Below are positions 1-13,140 of a DNA stretch of 64,000 nucleotides, piece after piece (within the stretch, counting starts at the first letter, position 1; each line of letters begins with the position of its first letter). The notes under the pieces are model-generated. The model was not told where the DNA came from. It made no database searches and worked only from the letters and a program-made list of their open reading frames with translations. This DNA comes from Diplonema japonicum (taxonomy: Eukaryota; Protista; Euglenozoa: Diplonemea): contig OZ025673.1 of the NCBI GenBank assembly GCA_964019335.1, forward strand, positions 434,001 to 498,000, in the 5' to 3' direction. Made by a program: the position numbers and the translations under genes.

Positions 1-195
1 CTCCCATTCTGATTCGGCAGTTGCAGCCACCACAGCACACACCACCAACCCAAGACAACAGCATGACACTATGTTGATGACCAAGCCTGGGGTAAAACAT
101 CGAGTTAGCTCGGCACTTACGTTGCACGCCATGGGGGGGGGGAGGGGGGGGCACCCTTTGTGTGAAAGGACTGCAACACGGGAATGAGAACATCA
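1..195 (-). CDS. Partial gene running off the window edge, probable membrane protein
   Basis: Minus-strand frame after a CAG acceptor near 87 reads GLVINIVSCCCLGLVVCAVVAATAESEWE (hydrophobic, coding-like). The upstream exon and start are not resolved. Confidence 0.35.
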
Positions 196-263
196 TTTTT
201 GAAAAAGAAGAAAAGAGAAATGGAGGTGTAAATTGTTTGTGTATATTTCCTCGAATTCCCTTT

Positions 264-562
264 TCACCACCCTGAGTCAGGGAGGTCAGGCTTGCTCACG
301 GCAGTGCTCCCGATGGATCCCATCCCCGACTTGGTCGTCCCGTTACTCATAGTCATGCCGATCTTGCCCCATTTCGCCTGCGACTTGATCGATGCTGCAT
401 GAAGTGTGAAGGAGCCAGGCGACAGCTTTGCGGGTGTCAGCAAGTGAGGTTTGACAGCTGATGTTGGTGTTGTGTCAGGCCACCCCTTCTTTTCATCATA
501 CCAAAAAACGTAGGGCAGTTCGGGTCCGCCTTCTGTGCCGCATTGGGGTTGAAGTCTCCCAT
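264..562 (-). CDS. Small hypothetical protein (~84 aa), one intron 458-501
   Basis: ATG preceded by an A-run. Removing GTATG...CATCAG (44 nt) joins MGDFNPNAAQKADPNCPTFF to an open frame ending ...PDLPDSGW-TGA. Confidence 0.6.
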
Positions 563-932
563 TTTTGTGTGGGTAAAAAAAAAAAAAAAGGTGGGAGATG
601 TGTATTTCCTTTTTTTTTTTCTTTCAAGTCTTTTTTTTTCTTCGCGTACAGAACAAGATTCGAGAGTCGTCCCTTGTTTCTCTTGAATAAAAAAAAATGT
701 GGCTATCAAACCAGGAAGAAAAAAAAAAAAGAGAAAAAAAAAAGCGCTAAGCGATAAAAAAAAAGGGGGTCGGGGAGGGGTTAAAGAGAATGATAACGCA
801 CCCTTTCAAAAAAAAAAAAAAAAAAAAAAAAAAAACCAATTAATCTATGTCTTAAAAAAAAAAAAGAAATACCCGTCGGAAGTATGATCGAAAAAAAAAA
901 AGTTTTTTTTTAAAAAAAAAAAAGATGGAATC

Positions 933-1424
933 TTAGATCAGTCCGTGCTGCTTCTTGCAGGATTCGAGGTCTTTGAAGACGTAGGAGCAAGAGTCCATGT
1001 TGTTGTTGTTGTCAGCAAGGCACTTGTGGAAGAGGGAGTCAAGGTCTCTGCAAGGGGTGGGCTGGGCAGCAGCAGGGGCGGGGGCAGGGGCGGAAGACGA
1101 ACCACCACCACCGAAGAGGGCACCTACCGCCATGCTACCAACAGCCGACCCGGCTCCCATAGCAGCTCCCTGCATCAACATCCCACCGAGACCCGGACCA
1201 CTGTCCTGCACAGGAGCGGGAGCAGGAGCAGCAGGCGCATGAGCAGGAGCAGGGGCATGAGCAGGGGCGGCAGGAGCTGCTGGGGCGTGGTGGTGGTGGT
1301 GGACTTCCTTCACAGGCGCAGGAGCAGCAGCAGCAGCAGCAGCCGGGGGCGAACTAGCAGGCGGCGATGACGGCTTTGCTGCCGCAGCAGGAGCAGCTGG
1401 CTTCTTAGCGCTGGCACGGCCCAT
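933..1424 (-). CDS. CHCHD2/CHCHD10 (Mix17)-like mitochondrial twin-CX9C protein
   Basis: Ala/Pro-rich N-terminus, GGMLMQGAAMGAGSAVG hydrophobic helix, C-terminal C-X9-C-X10-C-X9-C. Confidence 0.9.
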   Translation of the reverse strand: MGRASAKKPAAPAAAAKPSSPPASSPPAAAAAAAPAPVKEVHHHHHAPAAPAAPAHAPAPAHAPAAPAPAPVQDSGPGLGGMLMQGAAMGAGSAVGSMAVGALFGGGGSSSAPAPAPAAAQPTPCRDLDSLFHKCLADNNNNMDSCSYVFKDLESCKKQHGLI

Positions 1425-1744
1425 TTTTCTTTTTTTTTTTTTTCTTCTTCTTTTCTGACAAAAAAATTATCCCCCCCCCCCCTCCATTAATTTGGAAGAA
1501 CCAAGCCAAATAGCAAGAAGCCAGATATCCGACATGAGTGATTTGCCTGGTCCTTGGGGCACCATGGTTTCTTTTTTCTCTCTTTTTTCCAGTACCGGCG
1601 TCGAAAGAGAGAGAGGGGGAAGGAAAAATAAAAAAATAACGAACTAAAAAAAGGGGAAAATAAAAAAGTGTAGGGGGGAGGGGGGGTTTTTTTTTTCTTA
1701 GAATGTGTAGTGTACCCTGCTGTGTTGCCTTCAAATAGACTGGC

Positions 1745-2010
1745 CTATTTGCACGAATAGTTGTAAGACTTCAGCTGAAAGAGGGGGGCATAAAAAAAAG
1801 GGGGGGAAGTACCTCGAAGTCAGGGCCAGCTCCCTCCTTGCGTGCGCCCGTGCAGTTCACAGAAGCAGTAGTCATAAGGTTGCGGGGACCGAATGTAATA
1901 TCCTTCGTCGAAACCTGATTATAGATTTTTTTTTTATTATTATTCATTTGTTTCGCCCATACAATTGAGTAGCCAGCGAAGGCCTTGGGGTCGAATGAGG
2001 CCGAGGGCAT
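1745..2010 (-). CDS. Microprotein (~59 aa), introns 1915-1962 and 1775-1812
   Basis: Two GT-AG introns (48 and 38 nt) of the local type give MPSASFDPKAFAGYSIVSTKDITFGPRNLMTTASVNCTGARKEGAGPDFELKSYNYSCK-TAG. Confidence 0.5.
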
Positions 2011-2158
2011 TATTTTCTTCTTCTTTTGTTTCTTCCAAATATTCTATGCATGATTTTATGAAGTAGGTAGTACAGTGAGACAACAAAGGAGAAAAAAAAA
2101 AGAAGAAAAAAAATCAGTTCTTTATGACTATATGTCTTTTTGTTGTTTTTTTTCGCAA

Positions 2159-2203
<45 letters not shown>

Positions 2204-2277
2204 CTTGCTGCACAAGTTGCATATAGCAAAATGAAATCATTTTTTTTTTCTTTGTAAGATAAAAATATTTTCAAACA

Positions 2278-2313
<36 letters not shown>

Positions 2314-3137
2314 GGAAATATTGATTTACCAACATTTAATAAGCCAACGTTTTAAAAAACGGCTCATTTGGCGGTAAGTAAGTAGCTTTATTATTATTTT
2401 TTTTTTTTTTTTTACCTTCCATCCAACTGTCACTCACTGTAGTTTCTTTTTTTTTTTTCTTTCTTCGTTTTCTTTCTCCAGTGGGCAGCATTTGACCTTT
2501 AGACGAAGGATGAAATAAATGTGAAAAAAAATGGGAAATAGATGGGAAAATAATGAGGGAGCAAGGTTTAAAGAGCCCTGACCTAATTTCCGTTTCAGGA
2601 AAAAAGGGGGTTTTACTACACTATGTCTGTAGATGGCCCCTTGTGCTCTTCAAGTACTAGGACTGTAAGAAAAAGATTTTATGTTTAGGTAAAGAAGAAA
2701 AAAAAAAGGGGGGAAAAGAAATCCCGGTCCAATAGTAATCAGACTAGAACGGATGAATTGGAATTTCGCCACATGGATGCCGAAATAATTCGCTGCCTTC
2801 ATTCGACGTTTGCCAAAGTTTCAACAAAAGTGATTTTAACGCCTTTAAAAAGCCGTTTTTTTATCTTTTTTTTTTTAATTCGAGTTTAAATCACTTTCAT
2901 TTGGGCTTAGGCTTGGTTTTCTTTTTTTTTTTTAAAGCCCTCATATCTCCAAGTGCCAAGCATCCCACTCTGAGTGGCTTCTGCTGAGTAGGAAACTTCA
3001 GATATATGAACGGCAAAAAAAAAGGGGAGGGGGGAGAAAAGAATAAAAAAAAAGGATAAAAATCTTTTTTTCTTTTTTTTTTTTTGGTTGCTTCCTTTTG
3101 CTCAAGGTTAGCGGGAGAATAAGGGTTTGGTAGGTTT

Positions 3138-3168
<31 letters not shown>

Positions 3169-3424
3169 CCCCTGTCCATATTTTATGTATTCCTTCCTAC
3201 CAATTGTGTTTTCAGAAGTTTGCGTTTGAAAAGGGGGAAAAGGAAGGGGAAGCGCAAAACCCCGGGAAAAAGGGAACAAACAAATATAACAAGCCCGTGT
3301 TTGGGGAAGACGCATGAAACAGTCTAATAATAGCTTTTTTTTTTTTTCTTTTTTTTTCTGTGTGCAATATACAAGATCTTAATAATAAAACAAAACACCT
3401 CTCTCTCTCTCTCTCTCTCTCTTC

Positions 3425-6400
3425 TCACTTTGGAGGAGATGTCAGCTGGTTAATCAGCTCATTCGCTCCAAGCACATCGTTAAACAAGTTCACGAAGAAA
3501 TCAGCAATCAACGAGAAGAACGTGAATGAGGCCGCCCACTCGGTAGCTGTGGTGACGACGGACACAGCAGACGTATACTTTAAAGCCGCACCAACCCACT
3601 TGAAAAAGCGAGACTGCCTTGACGTGAGTAGGTGAAGCCCTTCATCATCAAGCCTGTGGTCCAAGTCAAGCACAATGGGGTCATTCATCGCCTCCTGAAA
3701 CTTCGCCAACACCGGACCAATGCCGGGTATGAACAACCAGAATATAGCATTCGCCTTACCAAGCACCTGCACGAGCAGCTCATGCCTGTTATCGTCGTCA
3801 TTGGGATCATCGTCAAACTGATCAGCACGGGAAACTATCTTATGAGCGTCAACCACATCGGAGTCCCAGTAACCCAACGTTTGCTTAACCAGCCGTACCG
3901 CACCAGATACAATGGACCATATGAACAAAACAAACCCTGCTACAAGACGGTGCTGGCTCTGGTAGTCGTCCCATTCCTCGTCTGCTGACTTCGACCCGAA
4001 CCAAAGGGATCTCGGAGGGTTCACCGGTTCACCAACAAACACGAAAAAGCATAGGTACATCAGCCCAAAGCACCATACTCCTACCCACATCACCCCTAGG
4101 TAGTACTCTTGGACCACACGGTCGAAGGTCGAGCACGAACGTCTGCTTTGAATGACGTCGCCGAAGAGCAGTCCTACGCTGGAAACTACTACGAACTGTA
4201 CTGCGTAGAGGCATAGGATGCCGAAGATCTTCCCGGCGCGGGATACGATCCATTTCCGTAGTTCGCTGGCGTCGATTTTAAGCTTCAAGATGCCGATGCT
4301 CATCGTCAGGAGGAGGTCCTTCTTCAGCACGATCACCACGACGAAGAACCCGAACAACAAGAACTGTTATTGTGTGGGAACAAAAAAAAAAAAAAAAAAA
4401 AAAAAAAACTGCATACCACCGGGGTCAGAGCTTTAATGGCCCCACCACAGTTCCATGTGTCGAAACCCGCGAAGGGGCTTGCAACGTTGAACAGCAATGA
4501 GAAAGCGTGTGCCATTCTGATTTTTTTTTTTTTAAATTTTATAAAGCATACTCAGAGAGGAACAAAAAGAATTTGTTGTCCTGCATGGAGAGTTTGATGT
4601 CGTCAAAGTCGGGGAGCTCCTGCCCAATCTCAAGGGTGGAGATGCCTGCTTGCATCATCACGATGTTGAAGAAGACCTTGACTGCCTCAACGATGAGCGC
4701 CATGAACCTTTCAAAGAAGATACCGAGGTACAGTGTCCCTCGCAGTAGAAGCAGCCCTACCTTGTCGAACAGCAAGGGGACGGGGAGGGCCTTCGGGTCT
4801 AATGGGACAACAGGCAGCGACGCCCTTTTCAGTTTTACTTTGACGTCCATTTTCTTCCCGCTCGCCTTGAAGCCTCCAAACATCCCCTTGAAGTACGTCG
4901 GCCACGAGCAGGGCGGCTCAATGGGTGGGGACGGTGATGGAAGAGCAGGAAAGCTCCCTAGTTGTTTTAATAAGCTCTGCAAAGGAGGAAGCGGGTCGAA
5001 ACAAAGTACAGCAGGCTTCATGGAGAAGGACACCTCCTTCAGCCTCACCAGCTGGAAGGCCATGATCGACTGGTTCTTGATGACGATGGACACGCCATCC
5101 GCGAACTTTCTCAGTGCAGCAAGCACACTCGCCACCGCAGGTTGCGCGGCCTCTGACCCCACGATGCCTGCGGCAACATGCCCGATCACATCTTCTTCTT
5201 TCTCCTCAGTATTTCTTACATTCAACACCCTGTCGCCATCCTGCGTGCATTGGTACGACCCAGCCATTTCCTTCGTGGCAACCATAGCACCCTCGATGCT
5301 GTTCGCCAGGATGGACACGGACGATGTGTTCCACTCTTTCTTCTGCTTCTCTTGTATTTCGAACATAACATCACCAACAAGCGCTTGCAAGTTCTTTCTC
5401 AGCGGCCTGTCGTGGAAGAAGAATGTTCTGTCTACGTTCTTCGTGGCGACCACCAACTTCTGCAGTCGGACGCAAGCCTTCCTCAGCGTGACGTAGAATT
5501 GCTGCCCCGCATCGGCGATCCTCTTCAGAAGCTTTGTCTTCATGAACAGGACCCTGGGGTCATCCTCAGTGTCGAGGCCCAATGCGACGTCGTCGTCGGC
5601 CATGGTGGAGCGGCGTCTGCCTTTGGCGTCTTTGGCTTGCGAGTCGGCCCAGTAGTCTTGCAAGATTTCAAGGGCGATGGCCGCGATGTCCTTTACGCTG
5701 GTGGCACCGAGGTCGCATACTTTCTTGAAATCGTCCATGGCCCTTGTGGCTTGCAGTGCCGACCTCGTCTCGCGCAGCTTCAGCTCAGCAGTGATGCCGT
5801 ACATCTCTACCATCTGCGTGAACTCTGCGACGCAGGTTTCCATTTCCATGAACATCACGATGTCTGTGTCGAAGCAGTCGTAGATACCTGCAAGGTAGTT
5901 GCTGATCACATCGTCGCGCATTGTTTCCCCCTTGTTGCTCTGCAGCCCGTGCTTAAGACAACGCTTCAGGGTCTCCATGGACTCCTCCATCTTTGTTGTT
6001 ATCTCCGCCTGCACTTTATCCGCCACCAGTGCACGCAACTTCAACGTCTCCTCGTCGTACTTGGTGTCCTTGAACATCTCCGCCTTTGCTTTGATGACCT
6101 TGAAGCGTTGGTTCAGCTCCGGGTTCGATTCGATCAGCTCTTTGGTGCGCTCTTTAATCTTATCCAGTTCATCTTTTGCTTTCGCCTTGAGCTCTTCTGC
6201 CTTCTCTTTAATCATGGCTGTGCCCTTCTCCACTTTCTCAGATATTCCGAATTTCTTGTCGATGGACGCCATGAACTCTCCAGCCTTCTGCAGGCCCTCG
6301 CCCACCAGCTCGGATGCCTTGTTAAACGCAGCGCCGAGGGGGCCGTTAAGGAATTCTTCTCTCAAGTTGTTGATGAACTCGCGTGCTTGTGCCTGGTTCC

Positions 6401-9400
6401 TCTCCTTCCACACGGGAATATCAAGCACACCGACCTTCTCTTTTCTCTCACGGAGGCTCACCTCAAGCGCGACGGAGAGCTGTGCCATGTTCGCCTTGTA
6501 CTCCATCAGGAAACCGATGCAGTCGGTAAGGGCAAGATGGTAGGCCCCGAGGTAATACACATCCACATCAGGGTTTGCTGTGGTCTGCTTCACAGCGTCT
6601 TCAAAGCGCTTCGCGTTGCTCAGGTACATGTTAATGACCGAAGTAGCGCGGTCCTTGAAGCTCCCTGTCTCCTCGTTACCGTCTGTTGTTGTGATACCGA
6701 AAAAGTGTCCCGACCATACCTTGTACTTGCCTGCAAGCTTCCAAGTACTGCTGTTCGAGTGTGACCTGTCCTTCTTTAAGCTCTTCCTCAACTTCTCGCT
6801 CCGCCGTAAGCAGCACCACCCTGTGGAGTTGATGTGGTGGTACTTCCAGACATACCTCCATATGTTAGCTGTTAGCTGTTTGGCCTTCTGGCGTTGGTTA
6901 TCCATTTCATAATTCAGTTTCGACTGTAGGTTAGCAATGCGGTGCGCCCTTGTTGCATACCCTGATGACGATGCCTTCAATTGTGTGTTTTGCCCCTTCG
7001 TTCATGTAGGCACTGAGCTTGTCAGCATTGTATTTGTCGGTCCCTGTTTAATGTTCGGTTGCAAGGTAAGTGTAGGATACCTTGGATGCTCTTCCCCAGC
7101 TCTTCAATGGGAAGCAGTGCGAGCTTCACCAGTGCTGTGAATGCTTCTTTTGTGCTCATGTTTTCGTATTTCTTCGACTTTTTCTTCTTCAGCTCTGGGG
7201 GTTCTGCGTTGTCGTCCCAAGCCTGCTGCGGTGCTTGCAGTTGCTGCGCTTCGAGGTCGTGCACGTCATTCGAAACTTCGCTCGGGTCGCCCTGGCCGCC
7301 TTGGCCCTGGTCGGGGGAGCTGTCCTTCAGCTTTTGAGTCATCTCGCTCTTCAGCTTCGATGTTCTCCTCTCGAGCTCTGCCATGGCGATTGACGCACGT
7401 TTCTGTAGTGACAAGTTGTTTCAGGATTTTCTGTGACATACAATGCCGAGCGTCTCAGCGATCTTCTGGTTAAGCTTCCTTGTGATGGTCCTGCTCAGAG
7501 TGAAGATGTGGATTTTGAAGTCCACTTCCACGGGGAACCCTGCATCCATTAGGCCTGTCATAGCCATCGCGACCAACTCAGTGGAGGCAGTAACGGCTGC
7601 TTCCACGCGTTGCCCTGCATGCAAAAATGCTTTCTTTGCATCCTTGCGCTTGTCGCTATTTGCCTTCGAAAGCTTCTCCGCTGCGTCGCAGACGTCCTTC
7701 CAACCTACTTCTAGAAGACCGCGGAATTCTTCCGTCATCTCCTCCAGTGCGTTGAGGTACGACGCGCACTGGTTGGGCAGCAAGTCGGGGCCCTTCAGCA
7801 CAATGTCGACCAACTCGGGCGGACCATTCATCTTGGTACTGCTCTTGATCATGCAGGGGTCCCAGATGGACTTCTTCTTCTTCTTCTTTTTGCCCCACTG
7901 ATTGAACTGGTTCCCTTCTTCGATTGTGCGTGTCATCTTGTCAGTCAGTATCATGACCTCCCTCGCCATTGTTTTCTCCCAGTGGATCTGACGCTCGTTG
8001 CACTTGAAAACGAAGGCGGCGTCACGCACTTCAGGAGGATCGTCAGCAGTGAACTGTCTGATCTGCGAAGCTGCCTTGTTCTTCATATCTGTGGCGGCTT
8101 CCACGAAGGCCAGGGAGCCTTCGAAATTGATAACCGAGTCCATCTGTCCGTACGCATTGTGAACGACCTTCCCCAAGGAATGCCCTCGCACGATCATGGC
8201 CTTCAGAGTGCCGATGGACCCCGCCAGCGTGCCGAGCTCGGGCACGTCACCATCCAAACAATTCCTGAGCTGAGTGACGCCATCCACGACCTTTGTCTTG
8301 AGGTCCTCCGAAAGCTCTACAGAGAATTCCTTAACCTTGTTGAGCTGCTCCACCACCATGTCGCAGTCTTCATTGTCCATGTTTTCACAGTCGTGGCCTT
8401 TCCCGAGCAGCGATTTCAGCTTCTTGACGATGCTCTTGAGTAGGGTTTGTGCCATCCCAATGTTCAGCGACTCGAGCCCTTCGTCGAACTCATCCTTGAT
8501 CTCCTCTGTCGTGGGGTCTTCTTCGATGAAGAGTGCCTCATTGGCCTCTGCCTCCTTGAGCATCCCCTTTACGTCTGCTATGGCACTGGCAAGTGCCGGA
8601 CGGAGAGACGACAAGGACGCCTTCTTCAGGTTGTAGATGAATACTTCCAGATCCTTTTGTGCTTTGGGTTCATCGCCGCCCGTAACCTTGCTCTTGAGTT
8701 CCATCGCCTTTGCCTTTGCTTGGTTGGCCAGGTCGACAGCCTTTGCCTTGAGCTCTTCCATCTCTTTCTTGGCTCTTGCTTTTAAGTCCGCGATGAGTTT
8801 GTCCCTGTCCTTGATGGCTTCCTGCAATTCCTTTCTCTTCTGGTTAGCTTGCTCGACACGCTCCAAAGCCTTAGCCTTGAGCTCTTCCTTCTTCGAGTTT
8901 GCCTTGTCCTTCAATTCCGCAAGCAGTGCCTCCCTGTCTTCTCGTACTCTTCGCGCTGTCTCCTTCGCAGCTGCAATCATCCCCTCGAGGTTTTCTTTGG
9001 CCTTCTTCTTTTTCTCTTCGAACTCAGCACGTGCACGGGCCTTCTTCTCTTCCACCATTTGCATAGCCATGTTCTTCTTTGCTTCAAGTTCTGCAAGCTT
9101 CGCCCCATGTTGCTCTTGTAGCTCTTTTTTCTTTGCTTCTGCCTGGGCCTCCGCTTCTTTTTTCATTTCTTCCAATTTTGCCAGTTTGTCTGCATGCTTG
9201 GCCTCCATGGCTTTCTTTTCTTCCTCAAGTTTCTGCATTGCTTCAGCTTTTTTCGCCTCTGCCATTTGTTTGGCTTGGTTCAGCTTTTCGTTCATCGCTG
9301 ATGCCCCTGCAGCAAGGCCAGCCTTCAAACCCCCGAACATCCCACCTTTCTTTTCCTCTTCTTTCGGTTTTTCCTTCTCGGCTTCGTCGAGCGATTTTTG

Positions 9401-12013
9401 TGCCTCTTCTTCTATTTTACGCTGCTCGGCCTCAGCCTCGTCGGCTGCTTTTTTCTGTTCCGCTAAGGCTGCTGCTTCCTCTGCTTTGGTGGCTTCGAGA
9501 GACTTGGCCGCTTCCTCAGCGGCGAGTGCTTGGCTTGCAGAGGCTTCTTTCTCTGCTGCTTCCCTTTCAGCGTCACATTTCTGCTGCTCTTCAAGCAGCT
9601 CCTTATCGGCGGAAGCGTTTGCTTCGTTGAATTCTTTCTCCATCTGCAACTCGATGTCCTCCAAGCTGGTGTTGTTCGCCTGTGCCTCGGCTTCTGCGTC
9701 GGCTTCTTTGTTTTGCTGTTCCCTCGCATTGACTTCTTTTTCAAGTTCGGCCTCCTTTTGCTTCTGCTCCTCTGCCTCCTTCGCAAGAGCATTGTCCATC
9801 TCCTGCGTTTCCTTTGCGACTCGATCCTTCTCCACTTCAAGTGCTTTCTCCGCCTCGACCAGCTCCCGCATCGTCTCTGTGTCCTCCACCTCCACGTCTA
9901 GTGTAGGGTCGGCGGTGGGGCGGATCTCAGGTGTGGCGTCAAGTTCGTCTTTGACGCTCTCAGTGACGGGGGCGTCTGACAGGAGACGTGTGCCTTTGGC
10001 TCTGGTGTACTTGCAGCCCTTCACGCGAGCCAAGCGTTGGACGTCTTTAATGCACTTCATGATAACCTTCTGTTCATCGCGTGCTTTGTTAATGAGCGCC
10101 TCAAGGTTCTGCAAGGGCTTGAGCTTCTCAACGTCGAAGGTGTCAAGCAGCTCTAGCTCAGAACGGTCCTCCTTCATCTTCGTCACGCTCCTCTCAAGTG
10201 AGTGGCAGAAGGTAGGGATGTATTGCAGGATGCTTTTATCGATTTCTCCTGCGATCGTGCGGAACTCCGTGATAAGCGAAGACGGATCGAACTCCCTGAA
10301 GTCCTCCACGTTGTTGGGGGTGTCGACCATGAGCTTTCGTATCCTCTTGAAGTTCGGGACTACGTTCTGCTTGAAGTCCACCAAACACTGGTCGAACGGG
10401 ACCTCTACAACTGCTCCGTTGATGAGTTCGCTCTCGTCTTCCTCGACGATGCTCTTCCTCTTCCCGCCGATCTTCGGGATGGAAACAGGAAGCTTGCCGA
10501 GGAAGCCGTTGATCTTTCCAAGCGCCTCGTCTTTGAGTGCAAGCAACGCACGCTTCTTTTCTTCCAGCTTGTTCTTCACAAGGTTTTCCAGCTCCTTTTT
10601 CTTCGCCCTCACCTCCTCGATTTCCTTATTCAGTTGGACATCTTGCGTAGCGTGGCGACGAGTTTTTCTGGAAGGCGTTTTCTTGACCCCGGCTTCTTTG
10701 CTGTCGCGGAACTCCATCAGCCATTTTATCTGTTCTGCGAAGACCTGTGCGTGTTCAAGCAGCGAGTCGCGGTCCATCTTTTCTTTGCCGTTGTACTGGG
10801 CGAGCTGCTTAGACGATGTGACAAATTGCTTCAATTTCTCGAAGAGACTTTGAGGTGACCAGTTGCTCTCTTCCATCTCCTCGGCCCACTCATCAGCTTC
10901 ATCTTCTTCCGAGTGTTCAATAGAGTCACGATCACCAGCAGCGTGTTCCTGTTGCCTGATACGTCTGGCAGCAGCCTCCTTTTCTGCCAGTTCCCTCTCG
11001 ATTTCCGCTAATTGCAGCTCTTCTTCTGTTTTGTCAAGCAAATCATCCTCGTCACATGAGTCCTCCAAATCGAACCCATCATCCTCTGGTACGGGCGGCG
11101 CTCCTCTGTCCCAGAAGAAGCCCACAATGCGTCGCCAGCGTTCGGGGTATTTTTTCACAATGATGAGAATCACCAGGCAGAAGATCATGAGCAATGCAGC
11201 ACCTATGGTGTAGATCCACTGGGCAACCGGGTCGTGAATCTCGACATAAGTGATCCACTTGATGGGTGTGGAGGTTTTGTTAGTCTCGCCAATGACCATC
11301 CATGCAATCCAGATGGTGTGGTCAGAAGTTGGGTCGCCGTTGTCAGCCTTCCCCAAGACAGTGATGTTCTCAATATGCTGCGAGGCAGGGTTGGGGTAGA
11401 GGGCAGCGTCCTCGTCGAAGGAGTTGACGACATAGGCAAGCGTCTTCTCGTTGCCGAGGAGAGTCATGTAGTCGGATACGGTGTCGTTGAGATTTAGTGT
11501 GATACGTGTGGTGCCGTTAACAGAGTTCTCCCAGCGGTAGGAAATTTCGGGAGGGTCGCCGAAACGTGCGAAGACCCACACACCGAGTCCAGGGGGCCAG
11601 GTGGCAAGCATGCTGTCGAGGACCCAGTTCCTGAAGATGAACTCATTATTAGTTCGTGAGACGATGGTCCACATTCTGTTGGTCCACCCAAGTTCTCCTT
11701 CCTTGTACGTCGAGTCTTTGGTGCCGTCCACCCTCCATGTGGGCTTGATGTTCCCCCCGTTGGTGAGCTCATCATCGTAGATCCCACGTATCTCTTCGAA
11801 CAGCATGTCGTCGTCGCCAAAGTCGCACACCGTCACCTGTTCCATCGAACTATTCCTGCAGTCTAAAAAGAACTTGTTCCCGCTGAACCCACAACAGTCC
11901 ACAGTCACATTGTTGCATCTCCCGTGTTCCGGGCATTCCCCAGCATCATCCAGCTTGGCCCCAGCACACACCCAGACACCAAAGCCAACAATTAACCAAA
12001 ATGTATATTGCAT
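3425..12013 (-). CDS. Giant (~2795 aa) membrane protein: signal peptide, ectodomain, TM, long coiled-coil, C-terminal multi-TM region
   Basis: Four large ORF-track segments and two short exons join in frame via introns 7403-7441, 7044-7080, 6924-6960, 4517-4551 and 4364-4416. Exon sum is 8388 nt. Confidence 0.8.
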
Positions 12014-12126
12014 AGCCTTATGGTCTGACTCTGTAATGAAGATAGATAGCTAGTATGGTCTGGAAAGAAAAAAAAAAAGAAAACTGAAGATAACTTAACA
12101 CCCCCATGTGTAACTGAAGGGCATTG

Positions 12127-13140
12127 TCACTCAATGGCTGTCGGTTTAAATTCTTGAAACATCGGTGCGACCTGTTCGGTCTGCGCGCGCAGCGTGTCCA
12201 GAGGAGGCAGTTGGGCTGCGGGATCCCCTTTGAAGGCGTAAAGGCAATAGTTTGCGCAGTACCATTTTTGGATGCTGGTTGTGGGTTCTGGAGCTTCATC
12301 CTGTTTAACGGTGACGGCCTTGAATGGGTTGCTTGCAGGTGCCAAGCACAAATCAACATTGTACATTGTCTGCAGCAGCAAAACTTCTCCGCGCAGATCG
12401 GACCATGTGTTGGCGCAAGACATAAGACAGAGGAAGGCAGACGACGCAAGACGAGAAAGGTCTGGAACCCACGATTCCATAAGAGGGGGGTTCCCACTTC
12501 CAAACCCCGTGTTGCATCCGTAGACAACTGTGCTGCTCGTGTTGAAGTTTTCTTTTTCAAGGTAGTCGTGCAGCGTTCCCTTAAACACCTTGACAGACAC
12601 ATGCTGCGACAGGGACGCGCTGTTTTTAGTTTTACAGGAATGTTTATGTCGGGACTTCCAATCGCTGACCTGGCACGCCGCCCCGCAGTAACCCGCGAGC
12701 CTGCATCCTTTGCACAGATGTGTTGCTGCACCGCCACATCCAGAACAGTATGACGCCATACGGCTGGGAAGAACCTGATCTACCTCGGGACCGACGAAGT
12801 GAAGCGTCCAGGATTTGTTAGGTAGGAGGACCCCGATCTCTTCCCAGTAGTTGCACGTGTTGAGGACGTGCTGCTCGGCCTTGAGGCTGGCACCAGCAAC
12901 GATGACATCAACATGTTGTGCCTCCCACGCGGAGACGCCCAGCTTCTTGAGAGCTGCGCAGAGCGTCAACACGTATGAAAGCCCGTCTGTCATTGCGGGG
13001 GAAACCTCCTTGACGCCCCTCATGGAAAAGTACACCCCCCATGATTTCAGAATTGGGGTTTCAGAAGGCACTGCTACTGGTATATTAGGCAATGGTGTCC
13101 CCGACTCCGTCCATGCGAAGGTCCCTTCGTACAGAGCCAT
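12127..13140 (-). CDS. MYND zinc-finger / MSS51-like (ZMYND15/17-like) protein
   Basis: CSGC...CKGCRLAGYCGAACQVSDWKSRHKHSC MYND finger; MSS51-type motifs VAGAS..AE, LHFVGPEV, NTGFG, NPF. Confidence 0.75.
   Translation of the reverse strand: MALYEGTFAWTESGTPLPNIPVAVPSETPILKSWGVYFSMRGVKEVSPAMTDGLSYVLTLCAALKKLGVSAWEAQHVDVIVAGASLKAEQHVLNTCNYWEEIGVLLPNKSWTLHFVGPEVDQVLPSRMASYCSGCGGAATHLCKGCRLAGYCGAACQVSDWKSRHKHSCKTKNSASLSQHVSVKVFKGTLHDYLEKENFNTSSTVVYGCNTGFGSGNPPLMESWVPDLSRLASSAFLCLMSCANTWSDLRGEVLLLQTMYNVDLCLAPASNPFKAVTVKQDEAPEPTTSIQKWYCANYCLYAFKGDPAAQLPPLDTLRAQTEQVAPMFQEFKPTAIE

Noticed and set aside
2010-3360. Many short poly-Lys/poly-Phe ORFs here and in other spacers
   Set aside because: They are translations of homopolymer tracts, whose lengths may also carry sequencing error.
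7403-7441. Possible stop-codon reassignment or readthrough (in-frame TGA between long in-frame ORFs; also near 33336)
   Set aside because: Each stop lies inside a consensus GTATG...CAG intron (39 and 45 nt), and TGA, TAA and TAG all terminate other genes normally.
8637-10853. Long plus-strand ORFs (also 4507-5496, 5178-6764, 40699-41532 and others)
   Set aside because: They are antisense shadows of GC-rich, K/E-rich minus-strand genes, with Ser/Phe/Leu-rich translations and no motifs.
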